In this document: in pieces, positions 1-8,163 of the stretch
Layout: every line of letters begins with the position of its first letter
Position numbering within the stretch: the stretch's first letter is position 1
NCBI RefSeq assembly: GCF_000008665.1
Contig: NC_000917.1
Span: forward strand, 810,001 to 842,000
Direction: 5' to 3'
Source of the DNA: Archaeoglobus fulgidus DSM 4304
Lineage (GTDB): Archaea > Halobacteriota > Archaeoglobi > Archaeoglobales > Archaeoglobaceae
Length of the DNA stretch: 32,000 bases
Notes under the pieces: generated by a model
Told to the model about the DNA's origin: nothing
Database searches by the model: none
The model's input: only the letters and a program-made list of their open reading frames with translations
Translations under genes and position numbers: made by a program

Positions 1-1139
1 GGGATTACATATTCAACCCCTGCAGCCTTTGCAACCTCGGGAATGAGATACGGTGCCAGGTAACCCGTGCCTACTATCTTTTTGCAGCCTATCTCCCTCA
101 CCGTTGTCGCTGCAAGAGAAACAAATTGATTAAGGGCTTTCTCAACGTCACACTCATACTTTCTCGAGCTTCTGTAGTCTCCAATTTCGTATCCAGCGCA
201 GTTCAAAGCGTCGGTGAGCGTGAAACTCTCTCCTCCAAAGGCGATAGGTTTTGAGCAGACTGGAACGAGCTTTCCGTTTTCAACCACCGAATCCCCACCA
301 AACGGAATGCTGACAGAGTCAACGCACCTTATCAGCGTCTTCCTTCCGGCAAGCTCTATCCCCTCTACTATCTTCGGCATTCCGTCAATAACCTCAACAA
401 AGTCCGTTGAAGTCCCCCCTATGTCGACAACCAGAGCGTTCTTCTCCCCCGTCAGATAAACGGCACCAAGAGCCACAGCGGCAGGAGATGAGTTGTACAG
501 CTCTGAAGGATTGTTGAGGGCTATCGTGTACGGCACAATTCCTCCATCCCCTTTGAAGTAGTAGAAATCCCCGGCATAAGCTTTAATCAGCTCGGTGAGC
601 CTGTAAACAGTCTCCCTTATTTTGGCGTTTACTACAGTCGTGTGAATTCTCGCAGGATAGTTCATCCCACCTGCATAGTGACTCAGGGCAATTCTGTAGT
701 CTTCCACATAATTTCTCACAATCTCAGCCACTCTGTCCTCCAGAGAACCGTTTCTGACCGAAAATTTTGATGAAATCGCTACGTTATCGTAGGAATTTTC
801 CCTGAAGATTGCCGCAATTTCGTACTCATCGATGTCCTCAACAACGTCTCCCCTGTGGTTTACATAGCCCTTCAAAACCTCACCATACTCAGAGTAATTC
901 AACCCCGGCCCAGGTATTACGAGGCTGAGAGTGCGGGACTCGCTAAACTTTGAAATGATGAGGTTTAACGGCCAGGACGTGCTAACAACAACCTTTTCCT
1001 CGATTAGGTTAGCTTCCTTCGAAATCTCCTTGAGAATTCCACCTATTCCCGCCTCATTCGGGAGCTTAATCGTTTTGATTTCGTCAGAAACAATAGCAGC
1101 GTCCGTGTTGGTTCCACCAACGTCAATCCCAATTATCAT
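1..1139 (-). CDS. Hydantoinase/oxoprolinase (HyuA-like, ASKHA fold) family protein; partial, with the C-terminus beyond the left window edge
   Basis: The reverse complement from the ATG (complement of 1137-1139) reads MIIGIDVGGTNTDAAIVSDEIKTIKLPNEAG... and stays open to position 1. A second ASKHA phosphate motif, VVDIGGTSTDFV, occurs further in. The gene is missing from the ORF track because it has no stop inside the window. Plus-strand ORFs 214..459 and 931..1299 are antisense artefacts. Confidence 0.7.
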   Translation of the reverse strand, partial: MIIGIDVGGTNTDAAIVSDEIKTIKLPNEAGIGGILKEISKEANLIEEKVVVSTSWPLNLIISKFSESRTLSLVIPGPGLNYSEYGEVLKGYVNHRGDVVEDIDEYEIAAIFRENSYDNVAISSKFSVRNGSLEDRVAEIVRNYVEDYRIALSHYAGGMNYPARIHTTVVNAKIRETVYRLTELIKAYAGDFYYFKGDGGIVPYTIALNNPSELYNSSPAAVALGAVYLTGEKNALVVDIGGTSTDFVEVIDGMPKIVEGIELAGRKTLIRCVDSVSIPFGGDSVVENGKLVPVCSKPIAFGGESFTLTDALNCAGYEIGDYRSSRKYECDVEKALNQFVSLAATTVREIGCKKIVGTGYLAPYLIPEVAKAAGVEYVI

Positions 1140-1171
1140 TAACTTGACGAATTCGTGTGATTTAAAAAAGC

Positions 1172-2431
1172 TTATCGTTTTTCATGGACAAATAAAATCA
1201 GCACCGCCGAAACCACTGATGCAGCGAGGCAAAAGGAGAACGCGAGTGAGTATGCTTCCGGAGGATAGGAGCCATCAACCATCCCCACCGTGTCCATAAG
1301 ATAGCCCATGAAAACCTGGAAGAGGGCTCCGCCAAAGAAGGGGAAAACGTTTACGATGCTTGTCGCCAGACCGGTAACTTCGAGCGGGTAAGACTCCTTA
1401 ATCAGGGCGTAGGCAACCGGACCCGCAGCGCTGAAAAGGCCAATAAGAAATGATATTGCGTACAGCTGGAATACCGTGAGGCTGGCCGTGAAGAAGACGA
1501 GCGGAGCCATCGTAAAGGTGAATCCGATACCCGCAGCAACGAGGAACCACTTTCTCGTTCTGAAAACCTTGTCTGAGAGGAATCCTATGATTGGCGCTCC
1601 CAGAATCGTTCCGAGACCGACCATCATCAACACACCGCCAGCCTCTTCCCTCTGCATTCCGTAGACGTCCATTAGGTACGGACCACCCCACAGCCCCTGG
1701 TAGCCCATTACGATGCCGTATCTCAGAAAGGCAGACGTGGCGATTAACCAGACAACCGGGTTGAGCACCACCACGCGAAAATTAGTCGCAAACCTCCCAC
1801 CCTCTCTGGACTTTTCCAAAACTCCTCCCGGTGAATCCCTCACGAAAATCCAGCAACTGAGAGCAAGAACAAAGGTAATTGCCCCAATGAAGAGAAACGT
1901 GACCCTCCATCCGAACAGAGAGACCATCGTTGCAAGCGGATAGGCCGAAACTAATGCACCCATATTGCCCACAGCGAACAGCACGCCTGTCAAGGTGGCA
2001 AACTCGTCTACTCTAAACCATCGGGATAGCAGTTTTATCGTAGGGATGTAAACTCCCGACACGCCGATGCCAATCAGGAATCTCCCAAGAACGGCCACTT
2101 CAAAGTTTGGGGACACGGCGAAGAGTACAGTCCCTACGAAGGCCAGCAGCGTGAACACGGTCGTTGTCAACCTCGGTCCCTTGGTGTCGGAGAGGTAACC
2201 CACCGGAATCTGCATTAAGCCGTAGGGGTAAAAATAGGCAGATGAGAGTACACCGACGGCAAGAGCGGTTACGGCAAACTCCTCCATGAGCGTGGTTGCG
2301 AGGATAGCTGATGACGTGCGGTGAAAATAAACAAAGAAGTAGATTGAAGCCATCACACCGAATACAACCCATCTGTACCTGCTCGCCCCCACCTGAGTTC
2401 GTAAGCGCAAAAATATATGAACTTTTTTCAT
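1172..2431 (-). CDS. Major facilitator superfamily (MFS) transporter, oxalate/formate-antiporter-like
   Basis: The 419-aa ORF starts with ATG. About 12 hydrophobic segments are visible and it has an MFS-like N-terminus (VVFGVMASIYFFVYFHRTSSAIL...). Its length is typical for MFS proteins. Confidence 0.8.
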   Translation of the reverse strand: MKKVHIFLRLRTQVGASRYRWVVFGVMASIYFFVYFHRTSSAILATTLMEEFAVTALAVGVLSSAYFYPYGLMQIPVGYLSDTKGPRLTTTVFTLLAFVGTVLFAVSPNFEVAVLGRFLIGIGVSGVYIPTIKLLSRWFRVDEFATLTGVLFAVGNMGALVSAYPLATMVSLFGWRVTFLFIGAITFVLALSCWIFVRDSPGGVLEKSREGGRFATNFRVVVLNPVVWLIATSAFLRYGIVMGYQGLWGGPYLMDVYGMQREEAGGVLMMVGLGTILGAPIIGFLSDKVFRTRKWFLVAAGIGFTFTMAPLVFFTASLTVFQLYAISFLIGLFSAAGPVAYALIKESYPLEVTGLATSIVNVFPFFGGALFQVFMGYLMDTVGMVDGSYPPEAYSLAFSFCLAASVVSAVLILFVHEKR

Positions 2432-2488
2432 ATCGTGTTAATTTTCCAAACTTTCGAAAAGTAAAAATATTGTAAACTGATTATTGTT

Positions 2489-3244
2489 ATGAACCCGAAA
2501 ACTCTTGCCGAGGAAATTGGGAGGTACATAAAGCCCCAGACCTTTCCCCTCGGCTTCAAAATGGTTAAAAGCGAGGATGAAATCGGAAAGGCGAGGAGGT
2601 TCGAGGGGCTTACAATCTGCCAGATTTACAACATGGCGAGGAGGTATCGCTGGATTGTTTATTTCGACCTCAACACTACCTGCCCTGTTGGAATTGTCGC
2701 CTATGGCTTTGCGGAGCCTGATGAGCTTTACAAAAGCGGGCAGCTCGCCTACGAGGCGGGATATGTGGACTCTCCTGAAACTGGAGTGAAGTATGAGGAT
2801 GCATTACCAAAGCTGGCCGAGAAGTACATTGGATGCAAGGTCTCTCCCCTTGAAATAGCGGAGGAAGAGCCAGACTTCGTCGTGGTTTACGGAATGCCCG
2901 CCCAAATCCTCAGATTCGTTCACGCCTACCTTTTCAGGAGAGGAGGGGGCTTTGAGACGGTGATAAGGGGAAGAGGGGCGTGTGCTGAATTTTTAGATGC
3001 CTTCATTTCAAAGGAGCCGAGGCTTGTTATTCCCTGCTACGGTGACAGGCTCTTCGGCCAGACTCAGGACTTCGAAATAGCCTTCTCCTTCCCCTTCGAG
3101 ATGGCGGAGGAGCTTGTGGAGGGTTTGAGGGAGACTCACAGGAGGGGGATAAGGTATCCAATTCCTTCAACTGGCCTGAGAGTGCCGCTGCCAGTTCCCA
3201 AAGCTTACGAGGAGTCGGTCAAAAAAATGAGGGGTACTGGTTGA
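2489..3244 (+). CDS. DUF169-family protein (COG2043-like), function unknown
   Basis: The 251-aa protein shows the spacing of conserved residues I associate with DUF169 (PLGFKM..., ICQ, CPVG, PDFVVVYGMPAQ, GACAEF, GDRLF...D.E...FP). This is recognition from memory, not a search. Confidence 0.55.
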   Translation: MNPKTLAEEIGRYIKPQTFPLGFKMVKSEDEIGKARRFEGLTICQIYNMARRYRWIVYFDLNTTCPVGIVAYGFAEPDELYKSGQLAYEAGYVDSPETGVKYEDALPKLAEKYIGCKVSPLEIAEEEPDFVVVYGMPAQILRFVHAYLFRRGGGFETVIRGRGACAEFLDAFISKEPRLVIPCYGDRLFGQTQDFEIAFSFPFEMAEELVEGLRETHRRGIRYPIPSTGLRVPLPVPKAYEESVKKMRGTG

Positions 3245-3247
3245 TAA

Positions 3248-4021
3248 TCACTCCAAAAAGTCGTCCATGGTGTAAAAGCCGGGCTTGTCAACCTTTGCAA
3301 TCCACTTCGCAGCCCTAACTGCCCCAATCGCAAAGCACTCTCTGCTCATCGCCCTGTGTGTAAGCTCAATCCTCTCCCCGCTTCCGAAGAAGAAGACTGT
3401 ATGCTCTCCAACGACGTCTCCTCCTCTAATACCAAAAACACCAATCTCGCTTTCCCTCGGCGAAATTCCCTCTCTGCACGTCTTTAGGTCTGCTTCTATT
3501 CCCTTTTCCTCCTTAACCTTCCTTATGATCTCAGCAAGCTTCAGGGCAGTTCCGCTCGGAGAGTCACGCTTGTGCCTGTGGTGAAGCTCCACAATCTCTG
3601 CATCCCACTCGTAGAGCATTTTTGCGGCGTATTCAACAATTTTCCAGAAAATGTTGACACCGAGGCTGAAGTTTGGCGAAACAATCATCGGAACCTTCTC
3701 CGCCAGCTCTGCAAGCCTCTTCCTGTCCTCGTCAGTGAAGCCTGTTGTCCCCATCACCACCCTCACTCCCTTCTCCGCAGCAACCTCAGCGTTCTTCATT
3801 GCAGCCTCTGCTGTGGTGAAGTCAATCAGCACATCAGCATCAAGCTTTGAGATGTCGTCCTCAATCGGAACACCAATCTTTCCAACTCCAGCAAGTTCTC
3901 CCGCATCCTTTCCAACTTCGTTGATGTCGAAAGCCTGAACGACCTTCAAGCCCTCTGCCACTGCATTTTTAACAACAAGCCTGCCCATTCTGCCCGCTGC
4001 CCCGGAAACCGCAACTCGCAT
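3248..4021 (-). CDS. dapB: 4-hydroxy-tetrahydrodipicolinate reductase (DapB)
   Basis: It has the N-terminal dinucleotide motif VSGAAGRMG and the signature ELHHRHKRDSPSGTA. It is 257 aa and lies directly downstream of dapA. Confidence 0.92.
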   Translation of the reverse strand: MRVAVSGAAGRMGRLVVKNAVAEGLKVVQAFDINEVGKDAGELAGVGKIGVPIEDDISKLDADVLIDFTTAEAAMKNAEVAAEKGVRVVMGTTGFTDEDRKRLAELAEKVPMIVSPNFSLGVNIFWKIVEYAAKMLYEWDAEIVELHHRHKRDSPSGTALKLAEIIRKVKEEKGIEADLKTCREGISPRESEIGVFGIRGGDVVGEHTVFFFGSGERIELTHRAMSRECFAIGAVRAAKWIAKVDKPGFYTMDDFLE

Positions 4022-4052
4022 AAATAAAATTGAGCTGGAGTATATAAAATGT

Positions 4053-4922
4053 TCAGCTAATCAGCTCAAGACTCTTGAGAACTTCTTTAACCTTCTGAGT
4101 TTTCTCTTCAGAGAGCTCGACCAGAGGCAGCCTCGGCTTTCCCGCTGCAAGCCCCATAAGCTGCAAAGCCTTCTTAACCGGAATAGGATTGGTGTCGATG
4201 AAGAGCACGTCGAAGAGTGGCGTAAGCCTGTGGTGCATCTCCCTCGCCCTTTCTATGTTCCCCTCAACGAAAGCTTCGTACATCTCCTTCATCAGGTGGG
4301 GGGCGACGTTGGCGGCAACGCTGATTACGCCCTTTCCTCCAAGGCAGAGAATGGGCAGGGTGAGAAAATCATCGCCAGAAAGCAGGACAAAGTCGTCTGG
4401 TGTTGTTCTTATAATCTCGGAGATCTGCTTGAGGTTCCCGCTCGCCTCCTTAATGCCAAAAATGTTGTCAATCTCCGCCAGCCTTCTTACGAGTTCGGGA
4501 GTTGTGTTTATGCCCGTCCTGCTGGGAACGTTGTAAACTATGATTGGAATGGAAACTTCAGACGCAACAGCCTTGTAGTGCTGGTAGAGCCCCTCAGCGT
4601 TGGGCTTGTTGTAGTAGGGAGTGACGAGCATTGCAGCCTCTGCACCAGCCTTCTCAACTTCCTTTGCAAGCCAAATTGCCTCCCTCGTTGAGTTTGAACC
4701 TGCACCACCAATTACAGGAAGCTTTGACGTCTCTGCAACATACCTCACAACATCGATGTGCTCCTCGTAGCTGAGTGTTGCAGCCTCTCCTGTTGTCCCA
4801 GCAGGAACCAGAGCGTTGACGTGCTTCTCAAGGTAGTCGAGATTCTTCGCTATCCCCTCGTAGTCAACGCTGAAGTCCTCCTTGAAGGGCGTTACCATTG
4901 CGGGAATCACGCCCTCAAACAT
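4053..4922 (-). CDS. dapA: 4-hydroxy-tetrahydrodipicolinate synthase (DapA)
   Basis: It carries the motifs [12 protein letters not shown] and FGIKEASGN (Schiff-base Lys). The track ORF extends to 4964, but homologue-like sequence begins at [13 protein letters not shown] (ATG at 4922-4920). That start overlaps the S17e stop (TGA, 4917-4915) in an ATGTTTGA arrangement. Confidence 0.9.
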   Translation of the reverse strand: MFEGVIPAMVTPFKEDFSVDYEGIAKNLDYLEKHVNALVPAGTTGEAATLSYEEHIDVVRYVAETSKLPVIGGAGSNSTREAIWLAKEVEKAGAEAAMLVTPYYNKPNAEGLYQHYKAVASEVSIPIIVYNVPSRTGINTTPELVRRLAEIDNIFGIKEASGNLKQISEIIRTTPDDFVLLSGDDFLTLPILCLGGKGVISVAANVAPHLMKEMYEAFVEGNIERAREMHHRLTPLFDVLFIDTNPIPVKKALQLMGLAAGKPRLPLVELSEEKTQKVKEVLKSLELIS

Positions 4923-5112
4923 TGACCAACCCTCTGTTAACTCTCCTCGTGATGTATCCAGCAACCCTGTTTCTCACGGTCTTGCTCTGGATGTTGGTAA
5001 GCTCCGCCACGAGCCTCTTGTTCTCGTCGAAGTTGCCCGTAAACACTTCCGGATACTTCTTCAACAATTCCCTCGCGATGACCTTGATGTAAGCGGGTTT
5101 TACCGTGCCCAT
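4915..5112 (-). CDS. rps17e: 30S ribosomal protein S17e (eS17)
   Basis: [35 protein letters not shown]... matches the archaeal S17e N-terminal pattern. The likely start is the ATG at 5112 rather than the track start at 5133. A TATA-like TTAAATAT (complement of 5133-5140) sits about 25 nt upstream. Confidence 0.88.
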   Translation of the reverse strand: MGTVKPAYIKVIARELLKKYPEVFTGNFDENKRLVAELTNIQSKTVRNRVAGYITRRVNRGLVNV

Positions 5113-5136
5113 GGCGTGATGCCAACCATACAATAT

Positions 5137-6834
5137 TTAACGTTTGCCTCCTCTCGCGGACAGCTTTCTCATCATAATCCTTCCGGCAGAGTACGTGGCA
5201 AGAAAACCTGCTGTGAACATGAAAACTTTCGTGAAGTCAATTTCACCGACGTTCATTGAAACAGGAGGTGTGGCGGGTGCAGGAGTTTGCTGAGAAGCTT
5301 TAGCAGGCGGAGTGGTGGCTGTAACGGAGTTGTTGGTAACGTTCTCTGCGCCGGTGGCATTCTCCTTCAAAGTTATGCTGACGTTGGCAGTATTGCCCTC
5401 CTTCCTGCTCTCCTTCACCACCACGTCAGCCTGAGAGGTGGTAACGTCAACGAATTCCCCCAATCCGTTGTAAACCCCTGCATTTTTTATCAAGAGCCTT
5501 GATTCGCCCGGACTCTGAGCAGCAACCTTTACCTCTGCAAGAAAGCCCGTTTTCGTTTTGTTCGTGGTGTAAGCGCTGATTTTCAGGTAGTCGGGATAAA
5601 GGGTTTTGTCGAGCAGCCTGAAACCGTCGGGTAAAGTAACCGACTCGATTTTCACGCTGTTTCCGGAAACAAAAATAACGAATTCGAAGGATGATAGCTC
5701 CACCGACTGGTTGAGGAGAACTTTAAAGCTCATGGTGGTTCCGTTAAAGATTTCCGCTTTTGAGGGCTGAAGAATAACCTTCACACTTTCCTTCCCATTC
5801 CCCACTATCCAGAGCTCTTTTTTCACCAGAACGTCATCCTCAGCCTGAATTATCCTTGAAAAGCTGTTGTCAGGCGGCAGGTCGTAGTAGTTTTTAGCCA
5901 GATCTGAGATCGAGAGGGTTGAGGTTTTGGACGTGTCTCTAACGTAAATTGCATACTTCCCCTCCCTCAGTCCTGCAGTTTCGAATTGAACCTTTGCTTT
6001 CCCGTTTTCATCAAGATACGCCTTCTTGTACAGCAGGAAATTGTTGCCCTCCAGCACAACCAGTATTCCGTCGTATTCAGTGTCACCAACTCTGTTCGTG
6101 TCGATGCTAACAACTACTGGCTCCCCAACCTTCACTTTTTCAGGTGCGGAAACCGCAACCTCTGGTTTTACGACTGAAACCGTAACTCTTCTGGAATCCC
6201 AAACCTTCCCGCCGTATTCAAGCTTTAAATCTAGGATGTACTTTCCAGGTTTTACCGCATCAGCAATATCCCTCGTTCTCTCATACACTTCCCTCAGATT
6301 CAGGTCGAATTTGGCGGAGTAGACGTTGCTCTCCTCCTCGTAATCTGCAGTTTCCTCGTAGTAAAGGTCAACGTTGTTTCCGTAAAGCCTCAGCTTCAAA
6401 CTCGCCGGATTCGCACTCTCCACGAGAACCTCCAGTTCCGTTCTGCTCTGATACACAAGATTTTTCAGTTCGAATTCCTTTATTTTTGGTTTGACCACCT
6501 TGAACTCTTCAGAATGCTCTTCAGGCTCGGTGTCGTCAATCACAACCTTCAAACGGTACGTTCCCTCCTGCCAGTCCTCGGGGATTCTAAAAACCCACTC
6601 CTCCCCGCACTTTTCATAGAGGTCTTCCCCCTCATCCACGTGACAGAGGAGAGCGCCATCCCCACCATCCCCCACAACTGCTATATCCGCCGAGCGATTA
6701 ACTTCAAAATAGACCTGAAACCGGATTTGATCCCCCAGGTTTACGCTCTCCTTATCTACAAATATATGCACCTCCGCCGCACTAACCGAGGAAATTGCGA
6801 TTAGCAAGGCTACAAATGTGGCGAGCCACCTCAC
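5137..6834 (-). CDS. Secreted or cell-surface protein of 565 aa, with signal peptide, beta-rich repeats, Thr/Pro linker, C-terminal TM anchor and basic tail
   Basis: The N-terminus MRWLATFVALLIAISSVSA/AEV resembles a signal peptide. The C-terminus reads ...NVSITLKENATGAENVTNNSVTATTPPAKASQQTPAPATPPVS...FMFTAGFLATYSAGRIMMRKLSARGGKR, giving several N-X-S/T sequons, a Pro/Thr linker, a hydrophobic helix and an Arg/Lys tail. The start codon is GTG. Confidence 0.7.
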   Translation of the reverse strand: MRWLATFVALLIAISSVSAAEVHIFVDKESVNLGDQIRFQVYFEVNRSADIAVVGDGGDGALLCHVDEGEDLYEKCGEEWVFRIPEDWQEGTYRLKVVIDDTEPEEHSEEFKVVKPKIKEFELKNLVYQSRTELEVLVESANPASLKLRLYGNNVDLYYEETADYEEESNVYSAKFDLNLREVYERTRDIADAVKPGKYILDLKLEYGGKVWDSRRVTVSVVKPEVAVSAPEKVKVGEPVVVSIDTNRVGDTEYDGILVVLEGNNFLLYKKAYLDENGKAKVQFETAGLREGKYAIYVRDTSKTSTLSISDLAKNYYDLPPDNSFSRIIQAEDDVLVKKELWIVGNGKESVKVILQPSKAEIFNGTTMSFKVLLNQSVELSSFEFVIFVSGNSVKIESVTLPDGFRLLDKTLYPDYLKISAYTTNKTKTGFLAEVKVAAQSPGESRLLIKNAGVYNGLGEFVDVTTSQADVVVKESRKEGNTANVSITLKENATGAENVTNNSVTATTPPAKASQQTPAPATPPVSMNVGEIDFTKVFMFTAGFLATYSAGRIMMRKLSARGGKR

Positions 6835-6872
6835 ACTGGGAGTTCCGCAAATTAATCTTAAAATTTTCTTTC

Positions 6873-6882
6873 AAAAAAGAAA
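6873..6882 (-). terminator. Oligo-T tract (TTTCTTTTTT on the minus strand) just after the DsrE-like gene stop
   Basis: It starts 4 nt downstream of the TAG, flanked by a TTTC/GAAA inverted repeat. It lies upstream of the surface-protein gene promoter. Confidence 0.35.
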
Positions 6883-6885
6883 TTA

Positions 6886-7224
6886 CTAAGGCTTAATGTA
6901 CGCATAGCCTTCATTCTGAAGCTCCACGAGCTTTGTAACACCTGCTGGAACAACTTCGCAGAAATCAAAGACGTCTTCTATCTTTATACCGTGAAGGGTT
7001 AGGGCGTTGTTGCATACGAAAAACTTAACTCCTCTCTCTGACAGCTCTCTCATCCTATCTTCGAGCTTGGGATTTGCTGCTCTTACGAATAGCTTTACCG
7101 CATAGCCGTTGGCCAGCACCGCAACCTCGGCCTCTGGAACATCATTAAGGAAGTTATTAACGTTAGCGAGGCACAGTTCCAGCAGTGAGGTGCTGTCCAT
7201 GTCGAGATGGAAAACTACCTTCAT
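6886..7224 (-). CDS. DsrE/DsrF-like family protein (COG1416-like), function unknown
   Basis: The 112-aa protein reads MKVVFHL...VAVLANGYAV...FFVCNNAL...VVPAGVTKLVELQNEGYAYIKP, which matches the small DsrE-like fold pattern from memory. Confidence 0.55.
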   Translation of the reverse strand: MKVVFHLDMDSTSLLELCLANVNNFLNDVPEAEVAVLANGYAVKLFVRAANPKLEDRMRELSERGVKFFVCNNALTLHGIKIEDVFDFCEVVPAGVTKLVELQNEGYAYIKP

Positions 7225-7368
7225 GTAATTGATTATACGAGGGGTTAAAAACCTTTGACGTCATCAAAGCTAAACCGCATTGCCTATGCAAAGCAGGGAA
7301 TGATGATGTAACCGAAAATTTAAAATTTTGCATATACCCACTTCTTAAAAAGGAGGTTAAGCGGGAAG

Positions 7369-7674
7369 ATGTCGGAAATCTGCCCTGTTTGCGGACTGCC
7401 GAAAGATTTGTGTGTTTGCGAGGAAGTTGCGAAAGAGCAGCAGTTTATAGTGATTAAAACTGGCAAGAGACGCTACGGGAAGGAAGTGACCATTATCGAG
7501 GGAATTGATAAGGGAGAGATAAACCTTGAGGAACTTGCGAAATACCTGAAGTCAAAGCTGGCGTGCGGTGGGACGGTAAAGAACGGAGTGATAGAGCTTC
7601 AGGGCAATCACGTGAACAGGGTTAAGGAACTGCTTATAAAGAAGGGATTCAATCCTGAGAGGATAAAGACCTAG
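7369..7674 (+). CDS. Translation initiation factor aSUI1 (eIF1 homologue)
   Basis: The 101-aa protein has an N-terminal Cys cluster ([13 protein letters not shown]) and a SUI1 core (...[14 protein letters not shown]...[12 protein letters not shown]...IELQGNH). A GGAGGT Shine-Dalgarno sequence lies about 9 nt upstream of the ATG. Confidence 0.9.
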   Translation: MSEICPVCGLPKDLCVCEEVAKEQQFIVIKTGKRRYGKEVTIIEGIDKGEINLEELAKYLKSKLACGGTVKNGVIELQGNHVNRVKELLIKKGFNPERIKT

Positions 7675-8104
7675 AGGCGTAATCCATTATTTTTCTCATC
7701 ATCTCGAGGTCAGCTTCCTTTTCTTTCAGCCTTAGCTCGAAAATTTTCTCTCTGCACGCCATGTAGGCGTCAAAGGCCGTGAAGAGTATCTCCTCAAACT
7801 TCCTGCCAAATTTTAGCCTGTCCTCGGCTTTAAGGTTAAGCTCGTCAGCCATGAAGTCCCTCAACTCGCAAAAGAGCCTTATGCTGTCTCCGGGACCAAA
7901 ATTCCTATCTGTGGCAAGAAAACGCATAATGTCATCCACCGCATCGCTCAAATCAACGCTCTTTCCTTCATAAAGGCTCAATGCTCTGTCAACTATTTTC
8001 TCAGCAGCCTCCTGAAGGAAGCTGACCACCTCAAAGACCGGCTTTACGGGGTAGTTGATCAGAAGCCTGTCAACCCACCACTCAACGACCTTTTTCCTGT
8101 CCAT
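7649..8104 (-). CDS. Hypothetical all-helical protein, possibly RsbRD-N-terminal-like domain
   Basis: The 151-aa ORF starts with ATG. The segments [29 protein letters not shown] and [16 protein letters not shown] resemble the RsbRD_N pattern as I remember it. Its 3' end overlaps the convergent SUI1 gene by 26 nt. Confidence 0.4.
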   Translation of the reverse strand: MDRKKVVEWWVDRLLINYPVKPVFEVVSFLQEAAEKIVDRALSLYEGKSVDLSDAVDDIMRFLATDRNFGPGDSIRLFCELRDFMADELNLKAEDRLKFGRKFEEILFTAFDAYMACREKIFELRLKEKEADLEMMRKIMDYASRSLSSQD

Positions 8105-8163
8105 ATTTTAGTGGCTGCGCGGCACCATAAGAAGATAACCTTTTAAGTTGCATTCTGCACTGC

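Noticed and set aside
4923-4964. N-terminal extensions offered by the longest-ORF track: dapA to 4964, rps17e to 5133, pyrF to 19153, ilvE from 24342 and the thioesterase from 16563.
   Set aside because: In each case homologue-like sequence begins at an internal ATG. The extension also overlaps a neighbouring gene or a TATA-containing promoter region.
5137-5260. Reading the C-terminus of the surface protein as a canonical PGF-CTERM archaeosortase signal.
   Set aside because: The tripartite architecture is present, but the PGF motif itself is not (TAGF instead). I kept it only as a caveat inside the surface-protein finding.
7299-7309. AATGATGATGT, which resembles a C box (RUGAUGA) of an archaeal C/D box sRNA, in the DsrE-like/SUI1 spacer.
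   Set aside because: No CUGA D or D' box and no second C' box occurs within the following 70 nt or so on that strand, so the k-turn architecture cannot form.
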